DNA of 64,000 nucleotides from positions 15,642 through 79,641 of the IMG/VR virus record IMGVR_UViG_3300023174_007394. The stretch is one strand, 5' to 3'. The notes under the pieces were generated by a model. It ran no database searches. It saw only the letters and a list, made by a program, of their open reading frames with translations, and was not told where the DNA came from. Both the position numbers and the translations under genes were made by a program. Origin of the DNA: a virus. Below are positions 41,039 through 50,548 of the stretch, one piece after another. Positions within the stretch are counted from its first letter, which is position 1, and every line of letters starts with the position of its first letter.

Positions 41039-41716
41039 ATGGATTTTTTATTATCTTACCAAAATTATATTACAAGGGAAGTAAAAGAGTTTTCTTTTAC
41101 AGAATCTCAGATCTATGATAATATAGAAATATTCAAGCACGATCAAAATGATCAATTGTTTGAGCACTGGTGGAATACAGTTTTTGATTTTGCAGCTTTA
41201 ATACCCGGCGTAGGTTCAATATTTGAAGGGATAAACCTTGTGTCATATGCTAAGCAAGGAGAATATCTTCTGGCAGGTCTTTGTGCTATAGGATTAATTC
41301 CTTTATTTGGCCAGTATATAGGTGCAGGTGGATCACTATTAGTAAAAGGCATAAAGGGTGGCGGAAAGATAGGAGCAAAAATGTTAGGCCCAGTTGGAGA
41401 GCTTATAACTAAATATTTTCCAAAGATTACTAAATTCTTTAAAAGCGAATCCTTTTTAGGTAAATTCCCAGGAATATCTAAATACACAGGGAAAATGGTA
41501 GAGGCACTTAAGGATTTTTCAATGGGTAAAAAAACTGGGATTTTATCAAAGATAGCAGGAACAAGGGGAAGGTATAAGACCATGACAAGGGTGGGTGAAT
41601 GGATAATACCAGGGGGAAAGGGTGAGAATGCTTTATCAACGATGAATCCTAAAATTGCAGAAACAGGAGAGGTTAATTGGGAAGAATTTATGAAAAGAAT
41701 TCCGGTTCAACAGTAA
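41039..41716 (+). CDS. Gly-rich hydrophobic protein resembling pre-toxin TG domains
   Basis: FDFAALIPGVGSIFEGINLVSY..GEYLLAGL..IGLIP; GATATATA at 41026; terminator downstream. Confidence 0.65.
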   Translation: MDFLLSYQNYITREVKEFSFTESQIYDNIEIFKHDQNDQLFEHWWNTVFDFAALIPGVGSIFEGINLVSYAKQGEYLLAGLCAIGLIPLFGQYIGAGGSLLVKGIKGGGKIGAKMLGPVGELITKYFPKITKFFKSESFLGKFPGISKYTGKMVEALKDFSMGKKTGILSKIAGTRGRYKTMTRVGEWIIPGGKGENALSTMNPKIAETGEVNWEEFMKRIPVQQ

Positions 41717-41720
41717 ATAA

Positions 41721-41745
41721 AAATGCCACTCTTTCAAGTGGCATT
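41721..41745. terminator. Hairpin between convergent genes
   Basis: aatgccact-ctttca-agtggcatt. Confidence 0.7.
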
Positions 41746-41782
41746 AGATAATCATTATACTTAAGGATAAAAATTACAGATT

Positions 41783-42391
41783 TTATTTTTTAGATTTTTT
41801 TCTAATTCTTGTCAATGAGGTATTTAATTCTTTGCTAGCTAATCCCATATTAACCAAATGTCTTCTTAATTTAATTACTGCTGCTTGGTATGCAGGATGG
41901 CAAGTTCCTAGACTGATTTTAATCCTATGGCTTATTTCTTGGAATGGTATTCCCCTCAATCTTAGCAATAGAACCTTTACCTGAGTTTCTGTTAATGTAT
42001 CAAGTCCTTCATATGCCTCGTTAATTAAAATTTCAAAATCGTCGCTATATTCGTCATACGATTTTTGAGATCTTTCTAAAATGGAAGGCTCAACATAAAA
42101 ATTAACTTCCTTTCTTATTTTATTAGCCCTGAATTTATCAATACATACATTTTTGGCAACTGTTCTAATCCATAGATTAAAATTTCCATTATCGAAATTT
42201 TTTATTTTTCTGATAACATGAATCCATATATCCTGACTATAATCATTTGCTAGCTGCTCATCCTCAACGTATTCTCTTATTATAGAATATACGCCTCTGT
42301 GATGTTTTTTAAACAGTTCTTCAAAAGCTATACAGTTACCATTCTTATATAGTCGTATCAGATCACAATCTGTTAATTCAGTATCACTCAT
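41783..42391 (-). CDS. ECF-like sigma factor
   Basis: TDCDLIRLYKNGN..AFEELF, DYSQDIW, FNLWIRTVAKN..ID, FQEIS..KISLGT. Start moved to MSDTE (42391), just after the upstream stop. Confidence 0.85.
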   Translation of the reverse strand: MSDTELTDCDLIRLYKNGNCIAFEELFKKHHRGVYSIIREYVEDEQLANDYSQDIWIHVIRKIKNFDNGNFNLWIRTVAKNVCIDKFRANKIRKEVNFYVEPSILERSQKSYDEYSDDFEILINEAYEGLDTLTETQVKVLLLRLRGIPFQEISHRIKISLGTCHPAYQAAVIKLRRHLVNMGLASKELNTSLTRIRKKSKK

Positions 42392-42392
42392 T

Positions 42393-43160
42393 TTAAAATT
42401 TATTTCCGCAACTTGGGCAGAATTTCCAGTTGCTTTTATTTCTAACCCCGCATTCCGAGCAATAGTTTCTAATCTCTGATATTTCAACAGGCTTCTGACT
42501 TACAGGTAAAATTTTATACTCTACAATTTGGGAATGGTAGAAATTAAAATTACCGGCGGCGTATGTGAATTCCTGATCTGATTTAGATCCACCTTCGATT
42601 CTACCTGTTTCTACAGAATTAACAGCAGAATTAAATGTTACCGAACTTAAATCTACAGATCCTGCTGTTGAATTCGTAGTGGTGATTGTTCCTGTTAAAG
42701 AATTAATTGTGAATGTATTATTTAATGTTGTTCCCCCAAGTGGTGTAAGGTATGAAGGATAATTAATAATTCCAGACTGGTAGTATGTATAAGAAGGAAC
42801 ATACTCGTCAAAAAATTCCACTCTAATAATACCATTTTTTTCTATGGCTTTTTTTGCTTCTTTAAAATTTTCAATTTCATAAGTGGAAAATTTAAATTTC
42901 TGATTTGAATCAAGAAATCTCTCCAGATAAACTCTTTGTCCTGGCCTTAAAGCTATCCCGCTTGAAGAAATTTGAATTCCGTTGATTGAGATCTTTGCTA
43001 GAACTGAATTTTGTTTGGGATTAAATAGCTCAATTTCAAATTCTTCATTGTCTTGAAGAAAAATTTGATCCCTGCTTTCGCTTTTATAGACCTTAAGTCT
43101 ATTTTTTCTTTTGGTGATATGGGCAACGTAGCTAGAGCCCAATGTGTTGGTTGTGTACAT
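42393..43160 (-). CDS. Hypothetical protein with C-terminal double zinc ribbon
   Basis: EFEIELFNP, YLERF, ETGRIEGG, CSECG...FCPSCG. Confidence 0.75.
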   Translation of the reverse strand: MYTTNTLGSSYVAHITKRKNRLKVYKSESRDQIFLQDNEEFEIELFNPKQNSVLAKISINGIQISSSGIALRPGQRVYLERFLDSNQKFKFSTYEIENFKEAKKAIEKNGIIRVEFFDEYVPSYTYYQSGIINYPSYLTPLGGTTLNNTFTINSLTGTITTTNSTAGSVDLSSVTFNSAVNSVETGRIEGGSKSDQEFTYAAGNFNFYHSQIVEYKILPVSQKPVEISEIRNYCSECGVRNKSNWKFCPSCGNKF

Positions 43161-43296
43161 GATTTTACAACTTATATTAGCAACTTCCTTCGATTCTTTT
43201 TTATGGAAACTCTAGGGCTGGTTGACCCGGAAGCAACTTAGAGAAAGCCTCTAAATCATATTATATATGGTAAAAACAGAGTTTTGTTTCAAAAAA

Positions 43297-43698
43297 CTAT
43301 AACAAAACCATTTCTTTATAGACTTTCTCTATAGAAGATGTTAATTTATTATTTATTTTACTTTCTAAAATTCTTTTTCTTGACTCTGAATTTTTAACAA
43401 ATTTCTTTCTTAAATTTGAAATAATAGAATATGGCATTGGTACATCATACCAATATTCCCCATTAGTTATTATAAGTCTTACGTCATGTATTTTACAAAT
43501 TATTCCTTTGTATTCTATATAGTAATTATCTGCAACTGATGAATATATTGAATGAGATTTTTTATTGGAGAGCAGGTAGTTAAATATTTTAAGAGCGCTT
43601 CTTTGTCCCTCGCTAAGATGAGATAAAGAATAATCTAAAGATCTATTTCTCCTTCTTGCTATAATTTTTTTAAATTTAAATAATAAACAAAATCCCAA
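43297..43698 (-). CDS. Hypothetical protein
   Basis: 133-aa basic ORF; start uncertain. Confidence 0.55.
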   Translation of the reverse strand: MGFCLLFKFKKIIARRRNRSLDYSLSHLSEGQRSALKIFNYLLSNKKSHSIYSSVADNYYIEYKGIICKIHDVRLIITNGEYWYDVPMPYSIISNLRKKFVKNSESRKRILESKINNKLTSSIEKVYKEMVLL

Positions 43699-43705
43699 TT
43701 TCCAG

Positions 43706-44185
43706 TTATTTTAATAGATAATTTAAAACAGATTCCCATGAAGGAAATTCTTGTGATCCAAAATGAATATGTTCTCCCTCAAAATCAGCAACGCCATTTG
43801 CTATTCTGTCGTCAATTAGATATTCTCCTTTAAGCAAACCCTTATTGTGGCTGAGTATCAATTTTTTATTTGCACTCTTTCCTAAATATTTTTCAACCCA
43901 ATGTCTCTTATCTGACCATGCATTTATATTATGCCACATAGCAGTTGACAAAATGTAAGTATCGTATTTCTCTTGTAATAAATTCCAAGCAGCAATAGCC
44001 CCAGGAATAGGCTCAAGATCTTTAAAGGCCAATTCATGATTAAATGCAGCATGCTTACTCATTCCAGAAGCAATAAGTTCTTCATGTCTTTTATCAAAAT
44101 CACATAGAACGCCATCAAGATCAAAATAAACAATGGGTTTATCGCTCTTCAACGAAGCTCTAAGGTAAGCCGGTATTTTACTCAT
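43706..44185 (-). CDS. 5'(3')-deoxyribonucleotidase (HAD, NT5C-like)
   Basis: FDLDGVLCDF, KRHWVEKYLG, LIDD. Confidence 0.9.
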   Translation of the reverse strand: MSKIPAYLRASLKSDKPIVYFDLDGVLCDFDKRHEELIASGMSKHAAFNHELAFKDLEPIPGAIAAWNLLQEKYDTYILSTAMWHNINAWSDKRHWVEKYLGKSANKKLILSHNKGLLKGEYLIDDRIANGVADFEGEHIHFGSQEFPSWESVLNYLLK

Positions 44186-44435
44186 TTTCTTCGGTATTTA
44201 ATCCTTTATAGTCTTTATCATAATCTACAAATTTATACTCACCGTCCTTTTCTTTATCCTCGAATATAACTAGGGTCTCTTCATTTTCACCCCTTGCTAT
44301 TCCAAGAAATCCACAACCTTCACAAATACATGAAGTATAAAATCCTTTTTCTAAAGTTTCCTTGATAGCATATACATCAAGATCAGGTTCAGGAAATCCC
44401 ATTTCCTCTGCGCATTTGTTGCAAAAATCTGCCAT
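44178..44435 (-). CDS. Small Cys-containing protein
   Basis: FCNKC and ICEGCG. Confidence 0.65.
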   Translation of the reverse strand: MADFCNKCAEEMGFPEPDLDVYAIKETLEKGFYTSCICEGCGFLGIARGENEETLVIFEDKEKDGEYKFVDYDKDYKGLNTEENE

Positions 44436-44483
44436 ATTATTATTTTTTGTAAATATAGTATCTCAATCCGGAAATAAAAAATG

Positions 44484-45350
44484 CTAATCTTTTTTTCCTA
44501 ATAAGAATTTTTCGTGCTTAAATGCATGTAAAGATGTTATATGCATAGTAAACATTCCTGGTTTTATATCATTCCAGAATTTATCTTTTTTCCTTAATCT
44601 CTCCAAAAGCCAAATGACTTTTCTGCAGCAAAGATATATGTCATCTCTAAAATGTCTAAAGAAATCACAGGATCTAATATAATATACAACATGCATATAT
44701 CCGTTTCTAACAATAAAATGATATCCTATTGTACATGGTACTCTCTCGCCATTAGCACCCCCTGTATCTTCAGGAAACCATATAGGTAAAAAAGCTTGTC
44801 TCGTAAATGGCTCTTTATGTAAAAGATCAACTACATCATAGAAATCACCATATTTAAATCTAACACCACTTAATGGATATTTTGGGATGAATGCTTTGTT
44901 ATTATCCTTAATAATTTCAATACCCGCACTTAGATCAACATCCTCGATGCTTTTTATTGAATTGGATCCAGCATATTTTGGCCAAATCCTTTCCGGATAG
45001 GTGTGTGAGAATTGGGCATTACCTCCAAATTCTTGATTATTTTTCTGAGCAAATGGCCACCACTCGTGAGATGGCGGGGGATTCAATGGTTTTTCACTAA
45101 CCCTTTCTTTAAAGTGATCATCCGCCCATGGAAGATTTGGATTTATTTGATCAACAAGAGATTGAATATCCTCCGCCATGGTACATGTAAAAGAATGATT
45201 TAGTATTTCAATCATGGCAAATCTATCATCATCTTTAATATCCTTTCCTTGCCATTTTTCTGTATGAACTTGATAGCAATAATCATTCATCTGTTGCTTT
45301 GTCCATTTTATTGCATCATTGAAATTTCCAAAAGATTTCATTTTAAACAT
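44484..45350 (-). CDS. Thymidylate synthase superfamily protein, possibly dCMP-specific
   Basis: TRQA, VPCT, IRSCDFFRHFRDD, HITSLH. Confidence 0.85.
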   Translation of the reverse strand: MFKMKSFGNFNDAIKWTKQQMNDYCYQVHTEKWQGKDIKDDDRFAMIEILNHSFTCTMAEDIQSLVDQINPNLPWADDHFKERVSEKPLNPPPSHEWWPFAQKNNQEFGGNAQFSHTYPERIWPKYAGSNSIKSIEDVDLSAGIEIIKDNNKAFIPKYPLSGVRFKYGDFYDVVDLLHKEPFTRQAFLPIWFPEDTGGANGERVPCTIGYHFIVRNGYMHVVYYIRSCDFFRHFRDDIYLCCRKVIWLLERLRKKDKFWNDIKPGMFTMHITSLHAFKHEKFLLGKKD

Positions 45351-45429
45351 TTTATCTCTCTATTTCTATTATCATTTTCTAAAAATATTTCAGCCCTATC
45401 CGATAAATACTGATATATAGACTAAAAAA

Positions 45430-46071
45430 ATGAAGAAAATATTTTCACTTTCAATATTATTAAGCTTTTTCTTAATAAGTAAATCACAAGATACAATAAG
45501 ATTGAAGCATAAAAGCTACGAAGCGGTTTTTAGCAAATCTCTAAAATATCCAGTTCTTGTAGAATGGTGGGTAACTAAAGCTAAAGTTACATGCGCAAAT
45601 CCTGTTCCTAGAAAAGATGCTTTTAAACCCGATCCATTATTAATGAACGAAACTAATTTATTGGATGATTATAAAGGATCAGGTCTTGACAGAGGACATA
45701 ATTCTCCCGCTGCAGATAACCAATGCGAGGGTGAATTGATACAAGCAGAGTGTTTTTATTTCTCAAACATGACACCTCAATATCATTCTCTTAACGCAGG
45801 AGATTGGAAGGTACTCGAAATGTCTACGAGGGAGTGGGCTCTAACAGATGATTCAATAAAAGTTTGGTGTGGAAGTATAGGTATAGAAAAAAAGATAGGA
45901 GGTGTGTGCGTTCCTAAAGAATGCTGGAAAGTATTATATTTCAAAAAGACAAAAATATGGATGGCTTTCCTTTTCAAAAATACAAAGGATAAGCCAAGCG
46001 GATTAAAATCACACGAGGTAGATCTTAAAACAATAACAGAATTAACTGGATATAAATTTAGCAGTAATTAG
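45430..46071 (+). CDS. Secreted DNA/RNA non-specific endonuclease (His-Me finger)
   Basis: Signal peptide; YKGSGLDRGH, FSNMTPQ..LN.G.W..LE. Confidence 0.92.
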   Translation: MKKIFSLSILLSFFLISKSQDTIRLKHKSYEAVFSKSLKYPVLVEWWVTKAKVTCANPVPRKDAFKPDPLLMNETNLLDDYKGSGLDRGHNSPAADNQCEGELIQAECFYFSNMTPQYHSLNAGDWKVLEMSTREWALTDDSIKVWCGSIGIEKKIGGVCVPKECWKVLYFKKTKIWMAFLFKNTKDKPSGLKSHEVDLKTITELTGYKFSSN

Positions 46072-46309
46072 AATCGTGATCATGACTATGGCCTGAATGA
46101 TGCCCATGATGTCCATGATCCTCGTGATAATCAGATAATTCTATCTCTCCAAAAAAGTTATAGATTTTAATATATCCCTTAAATTTTTTGGAAGCTATAA
46201 ATGCTTCAGAAAATGTATCATAAACGTACTCTTCTATAGATAGCTTTCCTCCTTTCCAAAAAGCAACTTTAAGTATGTACTTTACTACTCTTCTTTTGTT
46301 ATTTTTCAT
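46058..46309 (-). CDS. Small protein with His-rich C-terminus
   Basis: HEDHGHHGHHSGHSHDHD; likely start MKNNK overlapping the glycosyltransferase stop. Confidence 0.55.
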   Translation of the reverse strand: MKNNKRRVVKYILKVAFWKGGKLSIEEYVYDTFSEAFIASKKFKGYIKIYNFFGEIELSDYHEDHGHHGHHSGHSHDHDSNYC

Positions 46310-47379
46310 TTTTTGCATTCTAAGTATGAAATCCATATATTTCTTGTTTTATCTGTGTATCTTTTCAGATTACTCTGATTGGTATACATATTTATCCAAG
46401 GGAATAGATATGTCAACCAAAGAGCTCTGAATATCGTATTTATGTCTGTAGGCTTTCCATTAAATATTGAATTTGCCCAAGGAAGCTCATGCGATGCTAC
46501 TAGTGGAACACCCTGACTAACCATATCAGCTCCTACTATATTGAATGTTTCAGAAAATGAAACCTGCATTCCTATATCCATTTTTCTGCATGTTTTTATA
46601 AACTCTGGCCTAGGTGCCCATTCATGATTAATCAATACGTGGCCCGCATCGCTTAGTTGTAAAAACATACCCTCTAAATTGTGTAGTATAGGTCCTCCTT
46701 TTTGTTCTACTCTTCCTGCATTAATATGAAATCTTAATTTCTTGCCTATGCTCTCGGCAAATTTAACTGCAGCCAAAGCTTGTACTACGTGATTTTTTAA
46801 TGGTCTAATAGCACCAAAGCATGATATATCTATAAAATCTTTATTCTTATCGAATTTCTTATCCTTGTATTCTTGTGGATAAAAATTAGGAAGATATATT
46901 ACTTTGTGTGCTATATCTTTCTTACTGCATAAATTTCTTGTTGATATGTATGCCTTAATATCTCTCTCAGCTACTGGTGAATTTGCAGCGATTATTACAT
47001 TTTTAAATGAAGAATAATCACCGATCCAATCCATTGCCATTCCCTCATTACCTAAAAATGGTATTTCACTATGTAATCTAATTATCCATTTAACTTTAGG
47101 ATGTAAATCTGTAAGGACAGAAAATTTAGATGGAACTACCCAAAGTGCCTCTATTATAACATGAGTTGGCTTATGTTTAGTTACCTCCCTATTTATACAA
47201 TTGTTATCAATAACAACAGAAATGCTGGAACTAATACCTGCATCATTTAGCATGTCATTCATAAAAGAAGCTGAATTGTATAATCCTGTACTCATTCCCA
47301 TATTTGAATGATTTTGAGGATTGTAATCCTGTCTTCTTTTAAGTATAAATAAAACTTTGGGGTTTCTATTGACAGACAT
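46306..47379 (-). CDS. GT-B fold glycosyltransferase-like protein
   Basis: IRLHS, GAIRPLKN, SETFNIVGAD..SQGVP. Confidence 0.75.
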   Translation of the reverse strand: MSVNRNPKVLFILKRRQDYNPQNHSNMGMSTGLYNSASFMNDMLNDAGISSSISVVIDNNCINREVTKHKPTHVIIEALWVVPSKFSVLTDLHPKVKWIIRLHSEIPFLGNEGMAMDWIGDYSSFKNVIIAANSPVAERDIKAYISTRNLCSKKDIAHKVIYLPNFYPQEYKDKKFDKNKDFIDISCFGAIRPLKNHVVQALAAVKFAESIGKKLRFHINAGRVEQKGGPILHNLEGMFLQLSDAGHVLINHEWAPRPEFIKTCRKMDIGMQVSFSETFNIVGADMVSQGVPLVASHELPWANSIFNGKPTDINTIFRALWLTYLFPWINMYTNQSNLKRYTDKTRNIWISYLECKK

Positions 47380-47465
47380 TGAAAAATATTTTATTCTGTT
47401 CTCTAGTATATATGAGAAAGAATAAAAAAATTCTTCATTTAATCTAATATTTTTAAAAAATATTT

Positions 47466-48278
47466 TTATCTTAACTTATCAATGGTATTTTCTACCTCAT
47501 CCTTTGATTTTTTAGTGCCTGCAGATTGAATACTAGCAACTGCTTGAGCCATCATTTTTGCGCTTGGATCCTCTTTAGCAGCTACATCGCCAAATCCCTT
47601 TCCAACTACATCATCACCAGGTGCTTCTTCTCCACTTCCTAAAGGTGAAAGTGATGCAGCTTCCCCTGTAATAGCTTTAGATAAAGCAGCTTCAAATTCT
47701 GGAGTTCTAGTTCCTTTGAAATAATCTATAAAACCTTTCATTACAGGTGAATCTATTTTTCTAACATTAGTTCCTACTCTATCCCCTTCACCGGATTGTT
47801 GATCGTTAGTATTTCCCTCCATTGTTGTTATTGTTTTTTTGGCAGGATCTACGCTAACAACTATACCAGTATGGCCTAGCCCTTTGCCCGGCCTTGACAT
47901 TATAAAAATTGATCCTGGTCTAACAAGACTAATATCACTTTTTGCCGCGCTAATCTCTATTTTATTTTCTGATGGTGCTTTACCCCAATGATCCAATACA
48001 CCTCCTGTTTTTGGTAATGGATTAGTAACTCCTAAATTTTTACATGTTTGATCAAAAATATAATAAACAAAGGCAGCACACCAAGGTAATCCAGCATATA
48101 ATCCAACAGATTTAAGATATTGAGTTACCTCTGGTCCTGAGTTACTTGATTTTGGTTGTTCCTTTGCATTTTTATTTGCCTGTAGAACCCCAGCAAATTT
48201 TTCACCAGCATCTGATGGATTGCTTAATGGTATATTTGACTCTTTTATAAAAGATGTAAAATTTTTAATTCTTTTCAT
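47466..48278 (-). CDS. CHAP-domain peptidoglycan hydrolase
   Basis: PWCAAFV, GHTGIV, EGNT. Confidence 0.88.
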   Translation of the reverse strand: MKRIKNFTSFIKESNIPLSNPSDAGEKFAGVLQANKNAKEQPKSSNSGPEVTQYLKSVGLYAGLPWCAAFVYYIFDQTCKNLGVTNPLPKTGGVLDHWGKAPSENKIEISAAKSDISLVRPGSIFIMSRPGKGLGHTGIVVSVDPAKKTITTMEGNTNDQQSGEGDRVGTNVRKIDSPVMKGFIDYFKGTRTPEFEAALSKAITGEAASLSPLGSGEEAPGDDVVGKGFGDVAAKEDPSAKMMAQAVASIQSAGTKKSKDEVENTIDKLR

Positions 48279-49039
48279 TATTTTTTTGTTACTAATATTA
48301 ATGGTGCTATATTTTTTTTCATTCCTATATATGCGCTAGATCCATCTCCTAAATTTCTCGAATAAGCTTGTATAACATTACCATCACTATAGATAGCATT
48401 CTTACATCCTAATTTATTTAAGAAATGATCAGCTAAATCGTAAAAACTACAATCTGGTCCTTTGGAAATAGCAAAGCATGCATGTCCGTTATCGTCCACC
48501 CCTATTCCACCCCTGTAATCTTTGTTTGTTGATGTTTTGTTGAAAACTGAATTTATTTTTCCATCCAGAACCAGTACAGGTCCATTTTGAATTGCAAAAG
48601 GTGAGGATGTGTCATTGAACTTTGATGTACCAACTATATTCCACTTAGATCCACTTCCGTAAAATACACCGTTTGCTTCCCCCGAATTTTTATCCAAATG
48701 CATACCGAAGTTACCATAATTACTATCGTTGATAGGAGCTATTTCTTTATTATAAAATCTAAAGTATCCTGTATTTTTTCCACCTGGCTCAAAAAGACAT
48801 GCGCTCATTGCAAAATCTATAGCAAATGGCTTGGTCTTACCTTTTACTGGGAAATCTGTCTTTATTGAATTAACACCCCCCATATCTCTAAGTAAATCTT
48901 CCAATGATTGGGATAAAACAACAAGATCCTTTCTTCCAATGGTGTCATTTCTGATAATCACCTCTTGTCCATCCTCTACTTTGTAAGAATAAAATTTATC
49001 GTCATTTTGGAATCCTTCAAAAAGTTTTAAATGCCTCAT
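48278..49039 (-). CDS. Phosphodiester glycosidase (NAGPA/YigE-like) family protein
   Basis: QNGPVLVLDG, RGGIG, LGCKNAIYSDG. Confidence 0.75.
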   Translation of the reverse strand: MRHLKLFEGFQNDDKFYSYKVEDGQEVIIRNDTIGRKDLVVLSQSLEDLLRDMGGVNSIKTDFPVKGKTKPFAIDFAMSACLFEPGGKNTGYFRFYNKEIAPINDSNYGNFGMHLDKNSGEANGVFYGSGSKWNIVGTSKFNDTSSPFAIQNGPVLVLDGKINSVFNKTSTNKDYRGGIGVDDNGHACFAISKGPDCSFYDLADHFLNKLGCKNAIYSDGNVIQAYSRNLGDGSSAYIGMKKNIAPLILVTKK

Positions 49040-49043
49040 GAGA

Positions 49044-49361
49044 TTATATATCTCCTATGCTTTTTAATTTTCTCTCTTCCTCTTCTTCTAGGAACTTCAT
49101 AAATAGCTTAGTTCTTTTTTCCTTTCTGTCATTTATGCTAAAAAAAAGTTCATTGTAATCATATGTAACATCATTTGTGGATGTAACATTAATAACAGGT
49201 CTGAAGTTACCCCCTGTGAGTTCTCCCTCATAAACAATTCTAATTGTTTTAACCGTTCCACTTATTTCTGCACCTGTGATTGGAGATACCCTTATAAAAC
49301 CCCTTCCTATAAAGTAATTGCTTAATTCCTCGACTGGGAATTCATCCTTTAAATTAATCAT
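49044..49361 (-). CDS. Hypothetical protein
   Basis: 105-aa ORF in the operon. Confidence 0.6.
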   Translation of the reverse strand: MINLKDEFPVEELSNYFIGRGFIRVSPITGAEISGTVKTIRIVYEGELTGGNFRPVINVTSTNDVTYDYNELFFSINDRKEKRTKLFMKFLEEEEERKLKSIGDI

Positions 49362-49367
49362 AATTTT

Positions 49368-50426
49368 TTATTTATTAAATCTATTAAATGATCCTTCTGT
49401 TATGAGATTCCACTTAGCTTGTCCTATAAAAGAATGAAGATCCTTTGCATTAGAATAACTCATTGCTGACTTAAGATAGCTTTCAAAATTTTCTACCCAT
49501 TTATCTAATGTGTATTCTACTGGCTGAATTCTGGTTACACCCTCGCTCGTTTTAAGAACGGTTTTACCCATAGATTTTTGAGCATCTTTAGTGCTCATTC
49601 CTCTAAACTTTTTAAACATCTTTGTGCCGCCTAAAAAGCTTTTTCTTGTTTCTTCTAGATATTGATTTACTTTTTCTCCTGGTTCTGTCCAGCCATCGTG
49701 CTTTATATTAGCTAAATAGGTGTCTCCTGCGCTCTCTAAAGATTTATTTAATATAGAACCAAGCATAACATAATCTGCTCCAATAGCGAGCGCCTTAATG
49801 ATGTCTGAGTACTTTTTAAATCCACCATCAGCAACTATTAAAGCTGGATTATCAAGTGCTAAACTTATCTCGTAGCATTCTGAGATTAAGCTAGCCATAG
49901 GATATCCCACACCAGTTTGAACTGTTGTTAAGCACCCACCCCCGTTTCCTATACCGATCCTAATTAGATCTGCACCTGCTTCTGAAAATGTACTATATGT
50001 TTTAGGATTAGCTATATTTCCAACCATTAGTTTTAATGAATCCCCATATTTTTTCTTAGATTCTTTAACTATATCTAAAAGTCTTTGCATGTGTCCATTT
50101 GCAACATCTATAAGTGCATACATCTCATCTTCTAAATGGTCATTTTCTAAAAATGTTTTTATAAAATCATCGATTCCGTAAGATTTGAATTCTACTGGGT
50201 CTTTGCTTATGCTTGTATTCGAATCTGTTCTAGGTTTTATTACCCTAATTTTATTTCCTTTAAATATTTCTGAATTCCTGTCATCTATTACAGTATCCAT
50301 TGGAGCGGTGAAAAGTGGGAAATATCCATCAGAATACCGGCAATTAATTTCGGATCTGGATGAGATATCGGAGATATCTGCAGGTTCAATTAGCACATCA
50401 TCAAAATCAAATTTTCTTTTCTGCAT
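49368..50426 (-). CDS. IMPDH/GMP reductase family protein (no CBS domains)
   Basis: FDDVLI, APMDTV, DVANGH, GIGNGGGCLT, ADGG, FRGMS, SEG. Confidence 0.9.
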   Translation of the reverse strand: MQKRKFDFDDVLIEPADISDISSRSEINCRYSDGYFPLFTAPMDTVIDDRNSEIFKGNKIRVIKPRTDSNTSISKDPVEFKSYGIDDFIKTFLENDHLEDEMYALIDVANGHMQRLLDIVKESKKKYGDSLKLMVGNIANPKTYSTFSEAGADLIRIGIGNGGGCLTTVQTGVGYPMASLISECYEISLALDNPALIVADGGFKKYSDIIKALAIGADYVMLGSILNKSLESAGDTYLANIKHDGWTEPGEKVNQYLEETRKSFLGGTKMFKKFRGMSTKDAQKSMGKTVLKTSEGVTRIQPVEYTLDKWVENFESYLKSAMSYSNAKDLHSFIGQAKWNLITEGSFNRFNK

Positions 50427-50548
50427 ATTTTTTATATTATATTTATAATTAATATTATCAGGGTTTTAATAGGAAACGCCGATATATATTGTCTCCCCAA
50501 TGGAAAGGAATTTATTCCACATCGGTGGAGGAATAAAAAATATCTATT

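Noticed and set aside
44484-45350. MKSFGNF as a capsid-targeting peptide
   Set aside because: Lacks the (I/L)xE ending and a same-strand GATATATA motif; a nucleotide enzyme is not expected cargo.
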